Positions 49,601-63,843 of a DNA stretch of 64,000 nucleotides are shown here, piece after piece. The stretch covers positions 310,001 through 374,000 of the forward strand of contig JAJCTO010000011.1 in NCBI GenBank assembly GCA_046563655.1. Direction: 5' to 3'. The notes under the pieces are model-generated. The model did not search any database. It was not told where the DNA came from and saw nothing but the letters and a program-made list of their open reading frames with translations. Position 1 is the first letter of the stretch. Every line of letters begins with the position of its first letter. Position numbers and translations under genes: made by a program. The stretch is from Yuukianura sp. NJ FZ-2021. Lineage: Eukaryota.

Positions 49601-52600
49601 TTTGTAAAATGTTTTGTAGTGTTCATAAGTTTTAGAGGCTGGTTCAGAGGAGTGGGTTTTTACAGAGCGGTCTGCATAACGTCAAATTTTAAAATGTTTC
49701 GTATACCTCCTAATGTCGCATTAAAGTATCACATTTCGTGTTAGAAAGATTTCTTGCTACACCACGGTTTCTAAAAACCATGCCGGAAATTATGAAATGG
49801 AAGAATTCTACCCGCTGAACTAGTTGGTCTCTATTGCGTGAAATTTTGTACTAGTTGGTCTCCATCGTGAATTTGTAAAATGTTTTGTAGTGTTTATAAG
49901 TTTTAGAGGCTGGTTCAGAGGAGTGGGTTTTTACAGAGCGGTCTACATAACGTCAAATTTTTAAATGTTTCGTATACCTCCTAATGTCGCCTTAAAGTAT
50001 CACATTTCGTGTTAGAAAGATTTCTTGCTACACCATGGTTTCTAAAAACCATGCCGGAAATCATGAAATGGAAGAATTCTACCCGCTGGACTAGTTGGTC
50101 TCTATTGCGTGAAGTTTTGTACTAGTTGGTCTCCATCGTGAATTTGTAACATGTTTTGTAGTGTTCATAAGTTTTAGAGGCTGGTTCAGAGGAGTGGGTT
50201 TTTACAGAGCGGTCTGCATAACGTCAAATTTTAAAATGTTTCGTATACCTCCTAATGTCGCCTTGATGTATCACATTTCGTGTTAGAAAGATTTCTTGCT
50301 ACACCATGGTTTCTAAAAACCATGCCGGAAATCATGAAATGGAAGAATTCTACCCGCTGAACTAGTTGGTCTCTATTGCGTGAAATTTTATACTAGTTGG
50401 TCTCCATCGTAAATTTGTAAAATGTTTTGTAGTGTTCATAAGTTTTAGAGGCTGGTTCAGAGGAGTGGGTTTTTACAGAGCGGTTTACATAACGTCAAAT
50501 TTTTAAATGTTTCGAATACCTCCTAATGTCGCCTTAAAGTATCACATTTCGTGTTAGAAAGATTTCTTGCTACACCATGGTTTCTAAAAACCATGCCGGA
50601 AATCATGAAATGGAAGAATTCTACCCGCTGCACTAGTTGGTCTCTATTGCGTGAAATTTTATACTAGTTGGTCTCCATCGTGAATTTGTAAAATGTTTTG
50701 TAGTGTTCATAAGTTTTAGAGGCTGATTCAGAAGAGTGGGTTTTTACAGAGCGGTCTGCATAACGTCAAATTTTAAAATGTTCCGTATACCTCCTAATGT
50801 CGCCTTGAAGTATCACATTTCGTGTTAGAAAGATTTCTTGCTACACCATGGTTTCTAAAAACCATGCCGGAAATCATGAAATGGAAGAATTCTACCCGCT
50901 GAACTAGTTGGTCTCTATTGCGTGAAATTTTATACTAGTTGGTCTCCATCGTGAATTTGTAAAATGTTTTGTAGTGTTCATAAGTTTTAGAGGCAGGTTC
51001 AGAGGAGTGGGTTTTTACAGAGCGGTCTGCATAACGTCAAATTTTAAAATGTTCCGTATACCTCCTAATGTCGCCTTGAAGTATCAGATTTCGTGTTAGA
51101 AAGATTTCTTGCTACACCATGGTTTTTAAAAACCATGCCGGAAATCATGAAATGGAAGAATTCTACCCGCTGGACTAGTTGGTCTCTATTGCGTGAAATT
51201 TTATACTAGTTGGTCTCCATCGTGAATTTGTAAAATGTTTTGTAGTGTTCATAAGTTTTAGAGGCTGGTTCAGAGGAGTGGGTTTTTACAGAGCGGTCTA
51301 CATAACGTCAAATTTTTAAATGTTTCGTATACCTCCTAATGTCGCCTTAAAGTATCACATTTCGTGTTAGAAAGATTTCTTGCTACACCATGGTTTCTAA
51401 AAACCATGCCGGAAATCATGAAATGGAAGAATTCTACCCGCTGGACTAGTTGGTCTCTATTGCGTGAAATTTTGTACTAGTTGGTCTCCATCGTGAATTT
51501 GTAAAATGTTTTGTAGTGTTCATAAGTTTTAGAGGCTGGTTTAGAGGAGTGGGTTTTTACAGAGCGGTCTGCATAACGTCAAATTTTAAAATGTTTTGTA
51601 TACCTCCTAATGTCGCCTTGAAGTATCACATTTCGTGTTAGAAAGATTTCTTGCTACACCATGGTTTCTAAAAACCATGCCGGAGATCATGAGATGGAAG
51701 AATTCTACCCGCTGAACTAGTTGGTCTCTATTGCGTGAAATTTTATACTAGTTGGTCTCCATCGTGAATTTGTAAAATGTTTTGTAGTGTTCATAAGTTT
51801 TAGAGGCTGGTTCAGAGGAGTGGGTTTTTACAGAGCGGTCTACATAACGTCAAATTTTTAAATGTTTCGTATACCTCCTAATGTCGCCTTAAAGTATCAC
51901 ATTTCGTGTTAGAAAGATTTCTTGCTACACCATGGTTTCTAAAAACCATGCCGGAAATCATGAAATGGAAGAATTCTACCCGCTGGACTAGTTGGTCTCT
52001 ATTGCGTGAAGTTTTGTACTAGTTGGTCTCCATCGTGAATTTGTAAAATGTTTTGTAGTGTTCATAAGTTTTAGAGGCTGGTTCAGAGGAGTGGGTTTTT
52101 ACAGAGCGTTCTGCATAACGTCAAATTTTAAAATGTTTCGAATACCTCCTAATGTCGCCTTGAAGTATCACATTTCGTGTTAATATTTCTTGCTACACCA
52201 TGGTTTCTAAAAACCATGCCGGAAATCATGAAATGGAAGAATTCTACCCGCTGAACTAGTTGGTCTCTATTGCGTGAAATTTTATACTAGTTGGTCTCCA
52301 TCGTAAATTTGTAAAATGTTTTGTAGTGTTCATAAGTTTTAGAGGCTGGTTCAGAGGAGTGGGTTTTTACAGAGCGGTCTACATAACGTCAAATTTTTAA
52401 ATGTTTCGAATACCTCCTAATGTCGCCTTAAAGTATCACATTTCGTGTTAGAAAGATTTCTTGCTACACCATGGTTTCTAAAAACCATGCCGGAAATCAT
52501 GAAATGGAAGAATTCTACCCGCTGCACTAGTTGGTCTCTATTGCGTGAAATTTTATACTAGTTGGTCTCCATCGTGAATTTGTAAAATGTTTTGTAGTGT

Positions 52601-55600
52601 TCATAAGTTTTAGAGGCTGATTCAGAAGAGTGGGTTTTTACAGAGCGGTCTGCATAACGTCAAATTTTAAAATGTTCCGTATACCTCCTAATGTCGCCTT
52701 GAAGTATCACATTTCGTGTTAGAAAGATTTCTTGCTACACCATGGTTTCTAAAAACCATGCCGGAAATCATGAAATGGAAGAATTCTACCCGCTGAACTA
52801 GTTGGTCTCTATTGCGTGAAATTTTATACTAGTTGGTCTCCATCGTGAATTTGTAAAATGTTTTGTAGTGTTCATAAGTTTTAGAGGCAGGTTCAGAGGA
52901 GTGGGTTTTTACAGAGCGGTCTGCATAACGTCAAATTTTAAAATGTTCCGTATACCTCCTAATGTCGCCTTGAAGTATCAGATTTCGTGTTAGAAAGATT
53001 TCTTGCTACACCATGGTTTTTAAAAACCATGCCGGAAATCATGAAATGGAAGAATTCTGCCCGCTGAACTAGTTGGTCTCTATTGCGTGAAATTTTGTAC
53101 TAGTTGGTCTCCATCGTGAATTTGTAAAATGTTTTGTAGTGTTCATAAGTTTTAGAGGCTGGTTCAGAGGAGTGGGTTTTTACAGAGCGGTCTGCATAAC
53201 GTCAAAATCTAAATGTTCCGTATACCTCCTAATGTCGCCTTGAAGTATCACATTTCGTGTTAGAAAGATTTCTTGCTACACCATGGTTTCTAAAAACCAT
53301 GCCGGAAATCATGAAATGGAAGAATTCTACCCGCTGAACTAGTTGGTCTCTATTGCGTGAAATTTTATACTAGTTGGTCTCCATCGTGAATTTGTAAAAT
53401 GTTTTGTAGTGTTCATAAGTTTTAGAGGCTGGTTCAGAGGAGTGGGTTTTTACAGAGCGGTCTACATAACGTCAAATTTTTAAATGTTTCGTATACCTCC
53501 TAATGTCGCCTTAAAGTATCACATTTCGTGTTAGAAAGATTTCTTGCTACACCATGGTTTCTAAAAACCATGCCGGAAATCATGAAATGGAAGAATTCTA
53601 CCCGCTGGACTAGTTGGTCTCTATTGCGTGAAATTTTGTACTAGTTGGTCTCCATCGTGAATTTGTAAAATGTTTTGTAGTGTTCATAAGTTTTAGAGGC
53701 TGGTTTAGAGGAGTGGGTTTTTACAGAGCGGTCTGCATAACGTCAAATTTTAAAATGTTTTGTATACCTCCTAATGTCGCCTTGAAGTATCACATTTCGT
53801 GTTAGAAAGATTTCTTGCTACACCATGGTTTCTAAAAACCATGCCGGAGATCATGAGATGGAAGAATTCTACCCGCTGAACTAGTTGGTCTCTATTGCGT
53901 GAAATTTTATACTAGTTGGTCTCCATCGTGAATTTGTAAAATGTTTTGTAGTGTTCATAAGTTTTAGAGGCTGGTTCAGAGGAGTGGGTTTTTACAGAGC
54001 GGTCTACATAACGTCAAATTTTTAAATGTTTCGTATACCTCCTAATGTCGCCTTAAAGTATCACATTTCGTGTTAGAAAGATTTCTTGCTACACCACGGT
54101 TTCTAAAAACCATGCCGGAAATAATGAAATGGAAGAATTCTACCCGCTGGACTAGTTGGTCTCTATTGCGTGAAATTTTGTACTAGTTGGTCTCCATCGT
54201 GAATTTGTAAAATGTTTTGTAGTGTTCATAAGTTTTAGAGGCTGGTTCAGAGGAGTGGGTTTTTACAGAGCGGTCTGCATAACGTCAAATTTTAAAATGT
54301 TTTGTATACCTCCTAATGTCGCCTTGAAGTATCACATTTCGTGTTAGAAATATTTCTTGCTACACCATGGTTTCTAAAAACCATGCCGGAAATCATGAAA
54401 TGGAAGAATTCTATCCGCTGAGCTAGTTGGTCTCTATAGCGTGGAATTTTGTACTAGTTGGTCTCCATCGTAAATTTGTAAAATGTTTTGTAGTGTTCAT
54501 AAGTTTTAGAGGCTGGTTCAGAGGAGTGGGTTTTTACAGAGCGGTCTACATAACGTCAAATTTTTAAATGTTTCGTTTACCTCCTAATGTCGCCTTAAAG
54601 TATCACATTTCGTGTTAGAAAGATTTCTTGCTACACCATGGTTTCTAAAAACCATGCCGGAAATCATGAAATGGAAGAATTCTACCCGCTGCACTAGTTG
54701 GTCTCTATTGCGTGAAATTTTATACTAGTTGGTCTCCATCGTGAATTTGTAAAATGTTTTGTAGTGTTCATAAGTTTTAGAGGCTGATTCAGAAGAGTGG
54801 GTTTTTACAGAGCGGTCTGCATAACGTCAAATTTTAAAATGTTCCGTATACCTCCTAATGTCGCCTTGAAGTATCACATTTCGTGTTAGAAAGATTTCTT
54901 GCTACACCATGGTTTCTAAAAACCATGCCGGAAATCATGAAATGGAAGAATTCTACCCGCTGAACTAGTTGGTCTCTATTGCGTGAAATTTTATACTAGT
55001 TGGTCTCCATCGTGAATTTGTAAAATGTTTTGTAGTGTTCATAAGTTTTAGAGGCAGGTTCAGAGGAGTGGGTTTTTACAGAGCGGTCTGCATAACGTCA
55101 AATTTTAAAATGTTCCGTATGCCTCCTAATGTCGCCTTGAAGTATCAGATTTCGTGTTAGAAAGATTTCTTGCTACACCATGGTTTTTAAAACCATGCCG
55201 GAAATCATGAAATGGAAGAATTCTACCCGCTGAACTAGTTGCTCTCTATTGCGTGAAATTTTGTACTAGTAGGTCTCCATCGTGAATTTGTAAAATGTTT
55301 TGTAGTGTTCATAAGTTTTAGAGGCTGTTTCAAAGGATTGGGTTTTTACTGAGCGTTCTGATAACGTCAAAATCTAAATGTTCCGTATACCTCCTAATGT
55401 CGCCTTGAAGTATCACATTTCGGGTTAGAAATATTTCTTGCTACACCATGGTTTCTAAAAACCATGCCGGAAATCATGAAATGGAAGAATTCTACCTGCT
55501 GAACTAGTTGGTCTCTATTGCGTGAAATTTTGTACTAGTTGGTCTCCATCGTGAATTTGTAAAATGTTTTGTAGTGTTCATAAGTTTTAGAGGCAGGTTC

Positions 55601-58600
55601 AGAGGAGTGGGTTTTTACAGAGCGGTCTGCATAACGTCAAATTTTAAAATGTTCCGTATGCCTCCTAATGTCGCCTTGAAGTATCAGATTTCGTGTTAGA
55701 AAGATTTCTTGCTACACCATGGTTTTTAAAAACCATGCCGGAAATCATGAAATGGAAGAATTCTACCCGCTGAACTAGTTGGTCTCTATAGCGTGGAATT
55801 TTGTACTAGTTGGTCTCCATCGTAAATTTGTAAAATGTTTTGTAGTGTTCATAAGTTTTAGAGGCTGGTTCAGAGGAGTGGGTTTTTACAGAGCGGTCTA
55901 CATAACGTCAAATTTTTAAATGTTTCGTATACCTCCTAATGTCGCCTTAAAGTATCACATTTCGTGTTAGAAAGATTTCTTGCTACACCATGGTTTCTAA
56001 AAACCATGCCGGAAATCATGAAATGGAAGAATTCTACCCGCTGCACTAGTTGGTCTCTATTGCGTGAAATTTTATACTAGTTGGTCTCCATCGTGAATTT
56101 GTAAAATGTTTTGTAGTGTTCATAAGTTTTAGAGGCTGATTCAGAAGAGTGGGTTTTTACAGAGCGGTCTGCATAACGTCAAATTTTAAAATGTTCCGTA
56201 TACCTCCTAATGTCGCCTTGAAGTATCACATTTCGTGTTAGAAAGATTTCTTGCTACACCATGGTTTCTAAAAACCATGCCGGAAATCATGAAATGGAAG
56301 AATTCTACCCGCTGAACTAGTTGGTCTCTATTGCGTGAAATTTTGTACTAGTTGGTCTCCATCGTGAATTTGTAAAATGTTTTGTAGTGTTCATAAGTTT
56401 TAGAGGCTGTTTCAAAGGATTGGGTTTTTACTGAGCGTTCTGATAACGTCAAAATCTAAATGTCCGTATACCTCCTAATGTCGCCTTGAAGTATCACATT
56501 TCGGGTTAGAAATATTTCTTGCTACACCATGGTTTCTAAAAACCATGCCGGAAATCATGAAATGGAAGAATTCTACCTGCTGAACTAGTTGGTCTCTATT
56601 GCGTGAAATTTTGTACTAGTTGGTCTCCATCGTGAATTTGTAAAATGTTTTGTAGTGTTCATAAGTTTTAGAGGCAGGTTCAGAGGAGTGGGTTTTTACA
56701 GAGCGGTCTGCATAACGTCAAATTTTAAAATGTTCCGTATGCCTCCTAATGTCGCCTTGAAGTATCAGATTTCGTGTTAGAAAGACTTCTTGCTACACCA
56801 TGGTTTTTAAAAACCATGCCGGAAATCATGAAATGGAAGAATTCTACCCGCTGAACTAGTTGCTCTCTATTGCGTGAAATTTTGTACTAGTTGGTCTCCA
56901 TCGTGAATTTGTAAAATGTTTTGTAGTGTTCATAAGTTTTAGAGGCTGTTTCAAAGGATTGGGTTTTTACTGAGCGTTCTGATAACGTCAAAATCTAAAT
57001 GTTCCGTATACCTCCTAATGTCGCCTTGAAGTATCACATTTCGGGTTAGAAATATTTCTTGCTACACCATGGTTTCTAAAAACCATGCCGGAAATCATGA
57101 AATGGAAGAATTCTACCTGCTGAACTAGTTGGTCTCTATTGCGTGAAATTTTGTACTAGTAGGTCTCCATCGTGAATTTGTAAAATGTTTTGTAGTGTTC
57201 ATAAGTTTTAGAGGCTGTTTCAAAGGATTGGGTTTTTACTGAGCGTTCTGATAACGTCAAAATCTAAATGTTCCGTATACCTCCTAATGTCGCCTTGAAG
57301 TATCACATTTCGGGTTAGAAATATTTCTTGCTACACCATGGTTTCTAAAAACCATGCCGGAAATCATGAAATGGAAGAATTCTACCTGCTGAACTAGTTG
57401 GTCTCTATTGCGTGAAATTTTGTACTAGTTGGTCTCCATCGTGAATTTGTAAAATGTTTTGTAGTGTTCATAAGTTTTAGAGGCAGGTTCAGAGGAGTGG
57501 GTTTTTACAGAGCGGTCTGCATAACGTCAAATTTTAAAATGTTCCGTATGCCTCCTAATGTCGCCTTGAAGTATCAGATTTCGTGTTAGAAAGATTTCTT
57601 GCTACACCATGGTTTTTAAAAACCATGCCGGAAATCATGAAATGGAAGAATTCTACCCGCTGAACTAGTTGGCTCTCTATTGCGTGAAATTTTGTACTAG
57701 TAGGTCTCCATCGTGAATTTGTAAAATGTTTTGTAGTGTTCATAAGTTTTAGAGGCTGTTTCAAAGGATTGGGTTTTTACTGAGCGTTCTGATAACGTCA
57801 AAATCTAAATGTTCCGTATACCTCCTAATGTCGCCTTGAAGTATCACATTTCGGGTTAGAAATATTTCTTGCTACACCATGGTTTCTAAAAACCATGCCG
57901 GAAATCATGAAATGGAAGAATTCTACCTGCTGAACTAGTTGGTCTCTATTGCGTGAAATTTTGTACTAGTAGGTCTCCATCGTGAATTTGTAAAATGTTT
58001 TGTAGTGTTCATAAGTTTTAGAGGCTGTTTCAAAGGATTGGGTTTTTAGTGAGCGTTCTGATAACGTCAAAATCTAAATGTTCCGTATACCTCCTAATGT
58101 CGCCTTGAAGTATCACATTTCGGGTTAGAAATATTTCTTGCTACACCATGGTTTCTAAAAACCATGCCGGAAATCATGAAATGGAAGAATTCTACCTGCT
58201 GAACTAGTTGGTCTCTATTGCGTGAAATTTTGTACTAGTTGGTCTCCATCGTGAATTTGTAAAATGTTTTGTAGTGTTCATAAGTTTTAGAGGCTGGTTC
58301 AGAGGAGTGGGTTTTTACAGAGCGGTCTGCATAACGTCAAAATCTAAATGTTCCGTATACCTCCTAATGTCGCCTTGAAGTATCACATTTCGTGTTAGAA
58401 AGATTTCTTGCTACACCATGGTTTCTAAAAACCATGCCGGAAATCATGAAATGGAAGAATTCTACCCGCTGAACTAGTTGGTCTCTATTGCGTGAAATTT
58501 TATACTAGTTGGTCTCCATCGTGAATTTGTAAAATGTTTTGTAGTGTTCATAAGTTTTAGAGGCTGGTTCAGAGGAGTGGGTTTTTACAGAGCGGTCTAC

Positions 58601-61600
58601 ATAACGTCAAATTTTTAAATGTTTCGTATACCTCCTAATGTCGCCTTAAAGTATCACATTTCGTGTTAGAAAGATTTCTTGCTACACCATGGTTTCTAAA
58701 AACCATGCCGGAAATCATGAAATGGAAGAATTCTACCCGCTGGACTAGTTGGTCTCTATTGCGTGAAATTTTGTACTAGTTGGTCTCCATCGTGAATTTG
58801 TAAAATGTTTTGTAGTGTTCATAAGTTTTAGAGGCAGGTTCAGAGGAGTGGGTTTTTACAGAGCGGTCTGCATAACGTCAAATTTTAAAATGTTCCGTAT
58901 GCCTCCTAATGTCGCCTTGAAGTATCAGATTTCGTGTTAGAAAGATTTCTTGCTACACCATGGTTTTTAAAAACCATGCCGGAAATCATGAAATGGAAGA
59001 ATTCTACCCGCTGAACTAGTTGCTCTCTATTGCGTGAAATTTTGTACTAGTAGGTCTCCATCGTGAATTTGTAAAATGTTTTGTAGTGTTCATAAGTTTT
59101 AGAGGCTGTTTCAAAGGATTGGGTTTTTACTGAGCGTTCTGATAACGTTAAAATCTAAATGTTCCGTATACCTCCTAATGTCGCCTTGAAGTATCACATT
59201 TCGGGTTAGAAATATTTCTTGCTACACCATGGTTTCTAAAAACCATGCCGGAAATCATGAAATGGAAGAATTCTACCTGCTGAACTAGTTGGTCTCTATT
59301 GCGTGAAATTTTGTACTAGTAGGTCTCCATCGTGAATTTGTAAAATGTTTTGTAGTGTTCATAAGTTTTAGAGGCTGTTTCAAAGGATTGGGTTTTTACT
59401 GAGCGTTCTGATAACGTCAAAATCTAAATGTTCCGTATACCTCCTAATGTCGCCTTGAAGTATCACATTTCGGGTTAGAAATATTTCTTGCTACACCATG
59501 GTTTCTAAAAACCATGCCGGAAATCATGAAATGGAAGAATTCTACCTGCCGAACTAGTTGGTCTCTATTGCGTGAAATTTTGTACTAGTTGGTCTCCATC
59601 GTTAATTTGTAAAATGTTTTGTAGTGTTCATAAGTTTTAGAGGCAGGTTCAGAGGAGTGGGTTTTTACAGAGCGGTCTGCATAACGTCAAATTTTAAAAT
59701 GTTCCGTATGCCTCCTAATGTCGCCTTGAAGTATCAGATTTCGTGTTAGAAAGATTTCTTGCTACACCATGGTTTTTAAAAACCATGCCGGAAATCATGA
59801 AATGGAAGAATTCTACCCGCTGAACTAGTTGGCTCTCTATTGCGTGAAATTTTGTAGTAGTAGGTCTCCATCGTGAATTTGTAAAATGTTTTGTAGTGTT
59901 CATAAGTTTTAGAGGCTGTTTCAAAGGATTGGGTTTTTACTGAGCGTTCTGATAACGTCAAAATCTAAATGTTCCGTATACCTCCTAATGTCGCCTTGAA
60001 GTATCACATTTCGGGTTAGAAATATTTCTTGCTACACCATGGTTTCTAAAAACCATGCCGGAAATCATGAAATGGAAGAATTCTACCTGCTGAACTAGTT
60101 GGTCTCTATTGCGTGAAATTTTGTACTAGTAGGTCTCCATCGTGAATTTGTAAAATGTTTTGTAGTGTTCATAAGTTTTAGAGGCTGTTTCAAAGGATTG
60201 GGTTTTTACTGAGCGTTCTGATAACGTCAAAATCTAAATGTTCCGTATACCTCCTAATGTCGCCTTGAAGTATCACATTTCGGGTTAGAAATATTTCTTG
60301 CTACACCATGGTTTCTAAAAACCATGCCGGAAATCATGAAATGGAAGAATTCTACCTGCTGAACTAGTTGGTCTCTATTGCGTGAAATTTTGTACTAGTA
60401 GGTCTCCATCGTGAATTTGTAAAATGTTTTGTAGTGTTCATAAGTTTTAGAGGCTGTTTCAAAGGATTGGGTTTTTACTGAGCGTTCTGATAACGTCAAA
60501 ATCTAAATGTTCCGTATACCTCCTAATGTCGCCTTGAAGTATCACATTTCGGGTTAGAAATATTTCTTGCTACACCATGGTTTCTAAAAACCATGCCGGA
60601 AATCATGAAATGGAAGAATTCTACCTGCTGAACTAGTTGGTCTCTATTGCGTGAAATTTTGTACTAGTTGGTCTCCATCGTGAATTTGTAAAATGTTTTG
60701 TAGTGTTCATAAGTTTTAGAGGCAGGTTCAGAGGAGTGGGTTTTTACAGAGCGGTCTGCATAACGTCAAATTTTAAAATGTTCCGTATGCCTCCTAATGT
60801 CGCCTTGAAGTATCACATTTCGTGTTAGAAAGATTTCTTGCTACACCATGGTTTCTAAAAACCATGCCGGAAATCATGAAATGGAAGAATTCTACCCGCT
60901 GAACAAGTTGGTCTCTATTGCGTGAAATTTTTTACTAGTTGTTTTCCATTGTGAAATTTTAAAATGTTTTGTAGTGTTCATAAGTTTTAGAGGCTGGTTC
61001 AGAGGAGTGGGTTTTTACAGAGCGGTCTACATAACGTCAAATTTTTAAATGTTTCGTATACCTCCTAATGTCGCCTTAAAGTATCACATTTCGTGTTAGA
61101 AAGATTTCTTGCTACACCATGGTTTCTAAAAACCATGCCGGAAATCATGAAATGGAAGAATTCTACCCGCTGGACTAGTTGGTCTCTATTGCGTGAAATT
61201 TTGTACTAGTTGGTCTCCATCGTGAATTTGTAAAATGTTTTGTAGTGTTCATAAGTTTTAGAGGCTGGTTCAGAGGAGTGGGTTTTTACAGAGCGTTCTG
61301 CATAACGTCAAATTTTAAAATGTTTCGAATACCTCCTAATGTCGCCTTGAAGTATCACATTTCGTGTTAATATTTCTTGCTACACCATGGTTTCTAAAAA
61401 CCATGCCGGAGATCATGAGATGGAAGAATTCTACCCGCTGAACTAGTTGGTCTCTATTGCGTGAAATTTTATACTAGTTGGTCTCCATCGTGAATTTGTA
61501 AAATGTTTTGTAGTGTTCATAAGTTTTAGAGGCTGGTTCAGAGGAGTGGGTTTTTACAGAGCGGTCTACATAACGTCAAATTTTTAAATGTTTCGTATAC

Positions 61601-63843
61601 CTCCTAATGTCGCCTTAAAGTATCACATTTCGTGTTAGAAAGATTTCTTGCTACACCACGGTTTCTAAAAACCATGCCGGAAATAATGAAATGGAAGAAT
61701 TCTACCCGCTGGACTAGTTGGTCTCTATTGCGTGAAATTTTGTACTAGTTGGTCTCCATCGTGAATTTGTAAAATGTTTTGTAGTGTTCATAAGTTTTAG
61801 AGGCTGGTTCAGAGGAGTGGGTTTTTACAGAGCGGTCTGCATAACGTCAAATTTTAAAATGTTTCGTATACCTCCTAATGTCGCCTTGAAGTATCACATT
61901 TCGTGTTAGAAATATTTCTTGCTACACCATGGTTTCTAAAAACCATGCCGGAAATCATGAAATGGAAGAATTCTATCCGCTGAGCTAGTTGGTCTCTATA
62001 GCGTGGAATTTTGTACTAGTTGGTCTCCATCGTAAATTTGTAAAATGTTTTGTAGTGTTCATAAGTTTTAGAGGCTGGTTCAGAGGAGTGGGTTTTTACA
62101 GAGCGGTCTACATAACGTCAAATTTTTAAATGTTTCGTATACCTCCTAATGTCGCCTTAAAGTATCACATTTCGTGCTAGAAAGATTTCTTGCTACACCA
62201 TGGTTTCTAAAAACCATGCCGGAAATCATGAAATGGAAGAATTCTACCCGCTGAACTAGTTGCTCTCTATTGCGTGAAATTTTGTAGTAGTAGGTCTCCA
62301 TCGTGAATTTGTAAAATGTTTTGTAGTGTTCATAAGTTTTAGAGGCTGTTTCAAAGGATTGGGTTTTTACTGAGCGTTCTGATAACGTCAAAATCTAAAT
62401 GTTCCGTATACCTCCTAATGTCGCCTTGAAGTATCACATTTCGTGTTAGAAATATTTCTTGCTACACCATGGTTTCTAAAAACCATGCCGGAAATCATGA
62501 AATGGAAGAATTCTATCCGCTGAGCTAGTTGGTCTCTATAGCGTGAAATTTTGTACTAGTTGGTCTCCATCGTGAATTTGTAACATGTTTTGTAGTGTTC
62601 ATAAGTTTTAGAGGCTGGTTCAGAGGAGTGGGTTTTTACAGAGCGGTCTGCATAACGTCAAATTTTAAAATGTTTTGTATACCTCCTAATGTCGCCTTGA
62701 AGTATCACATTCCGTGTTAGAAATATTTCTTGCTACACCATGGTTTCTAAAAACCATGCCGGAAATCATGAAATGGAAGAATTCTATCCGCTGAGCTAGT
62801 TGGTCTCTATAGCGTGGAATTTTGTACTAGTTGGTCTCCATCGTAAATTTGTAAAATGTTTTGTAGTGTTCATAAGTTTTAGAGGCTGGTTCAGAGGAGT
62901 GGGTTTTTACAGAGCGGTCTACATAACGTCAAATTTTTAAATGTTTCGTATACCTCCTAATGTCGCCTTAAAGTATCACATTTCGTGCTAGAAAGATTTC
63001 TTGCTACACCATGGTTTCTAAAAACCATGCCGGAAATCATGAAATGGAAGAATTCTACCCGCTGAACTAGTTGCTCTCTATTGCGTGAAATTTTGTAGTA
63101 GTAGGTCTCCATCGTGAATTTGTAAAATGTTTTGTAGTGTTCATAAGTTTTAGAGGCTGTTTCAAAGGATTGGGTTTTTACTGAGCGTTCTGATAACGTC
63201 AAAATCTAAATGTTCCGTATACCTCCTAATGTCGCCTTGAAGTATCACATTTCGTGTTAGAAATATTTCTTGCTACACCATGGTTTCTAAAAACCATGCC
63301 GGAAATCATGAAATGGAAGAATTCTATCCGCTGAGCTAGTTGGTCTCTATAGCGTGAAATTTTGTACTAGTTGGTCTCCATCGTGAATTTGTAACATGTT
63401 TTGTAGTGTTCATAAGTTTTAGAGGCTGGTTCAGAGGAGTGGGTTTTTACAGAGCGGTCTGCATAACGTCAAATTTTAAAATGTTTTGTATACCTCCTAA
63501 TGTCGCCTTGAAGTATCACATTTCGTGTTAGAAATATTTCTTGCTACACCATGGTTTCTAAAAACCATGCCGGAAATCATGAAATGGAAGAATTCTACCC
63601 GCTGAACTAGTTGGTCTCTATTGCGTGAAATTTTGTACTAGTTGGTCTCCATCGTGAATTTTTAAGATGTTTTGTAGTGTTCATAAGTTTTAGAGGCTGT
63701 TTCAGAGGATTGGATTTTTACTGAGCTTTCTGATAACGTCAAAATCTAAATGTTCCGTATACCTCCTAATGTCGCCTTGAAGTATCACATTTCGTGTTAG
63801 AAAGATTTCTTGCTACACCATGGTTTCTAAAAACCATGCCGGA

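Larger units (their letters stand above)
14886..63843. repeat. Tandem satellite array SatB, 269/270/271-bp monomers, about 157 copies, interrupted at 15139-17539 and 33644-37733
   Basis: tacctcctaatgtcgcc recurs at 18081, 18350, 18619 and 18890 (269, 269, 271 bp). Monomer classes differ at ctgataacgtcaaaatctaa (269), ctgtataacgtcaaaatctaaa (270) and ctgcataacgtcaaattttaaaa (271). Confidence 0.98.

Noticed and set aside
25744..63202. Recurrent 61-81 aa ORFs in SatB (MVSIARNF..., MTLSERSV...)
   Set aside because: Chance open frames that depend on single-base monomer variants, many with non-ATG starts.
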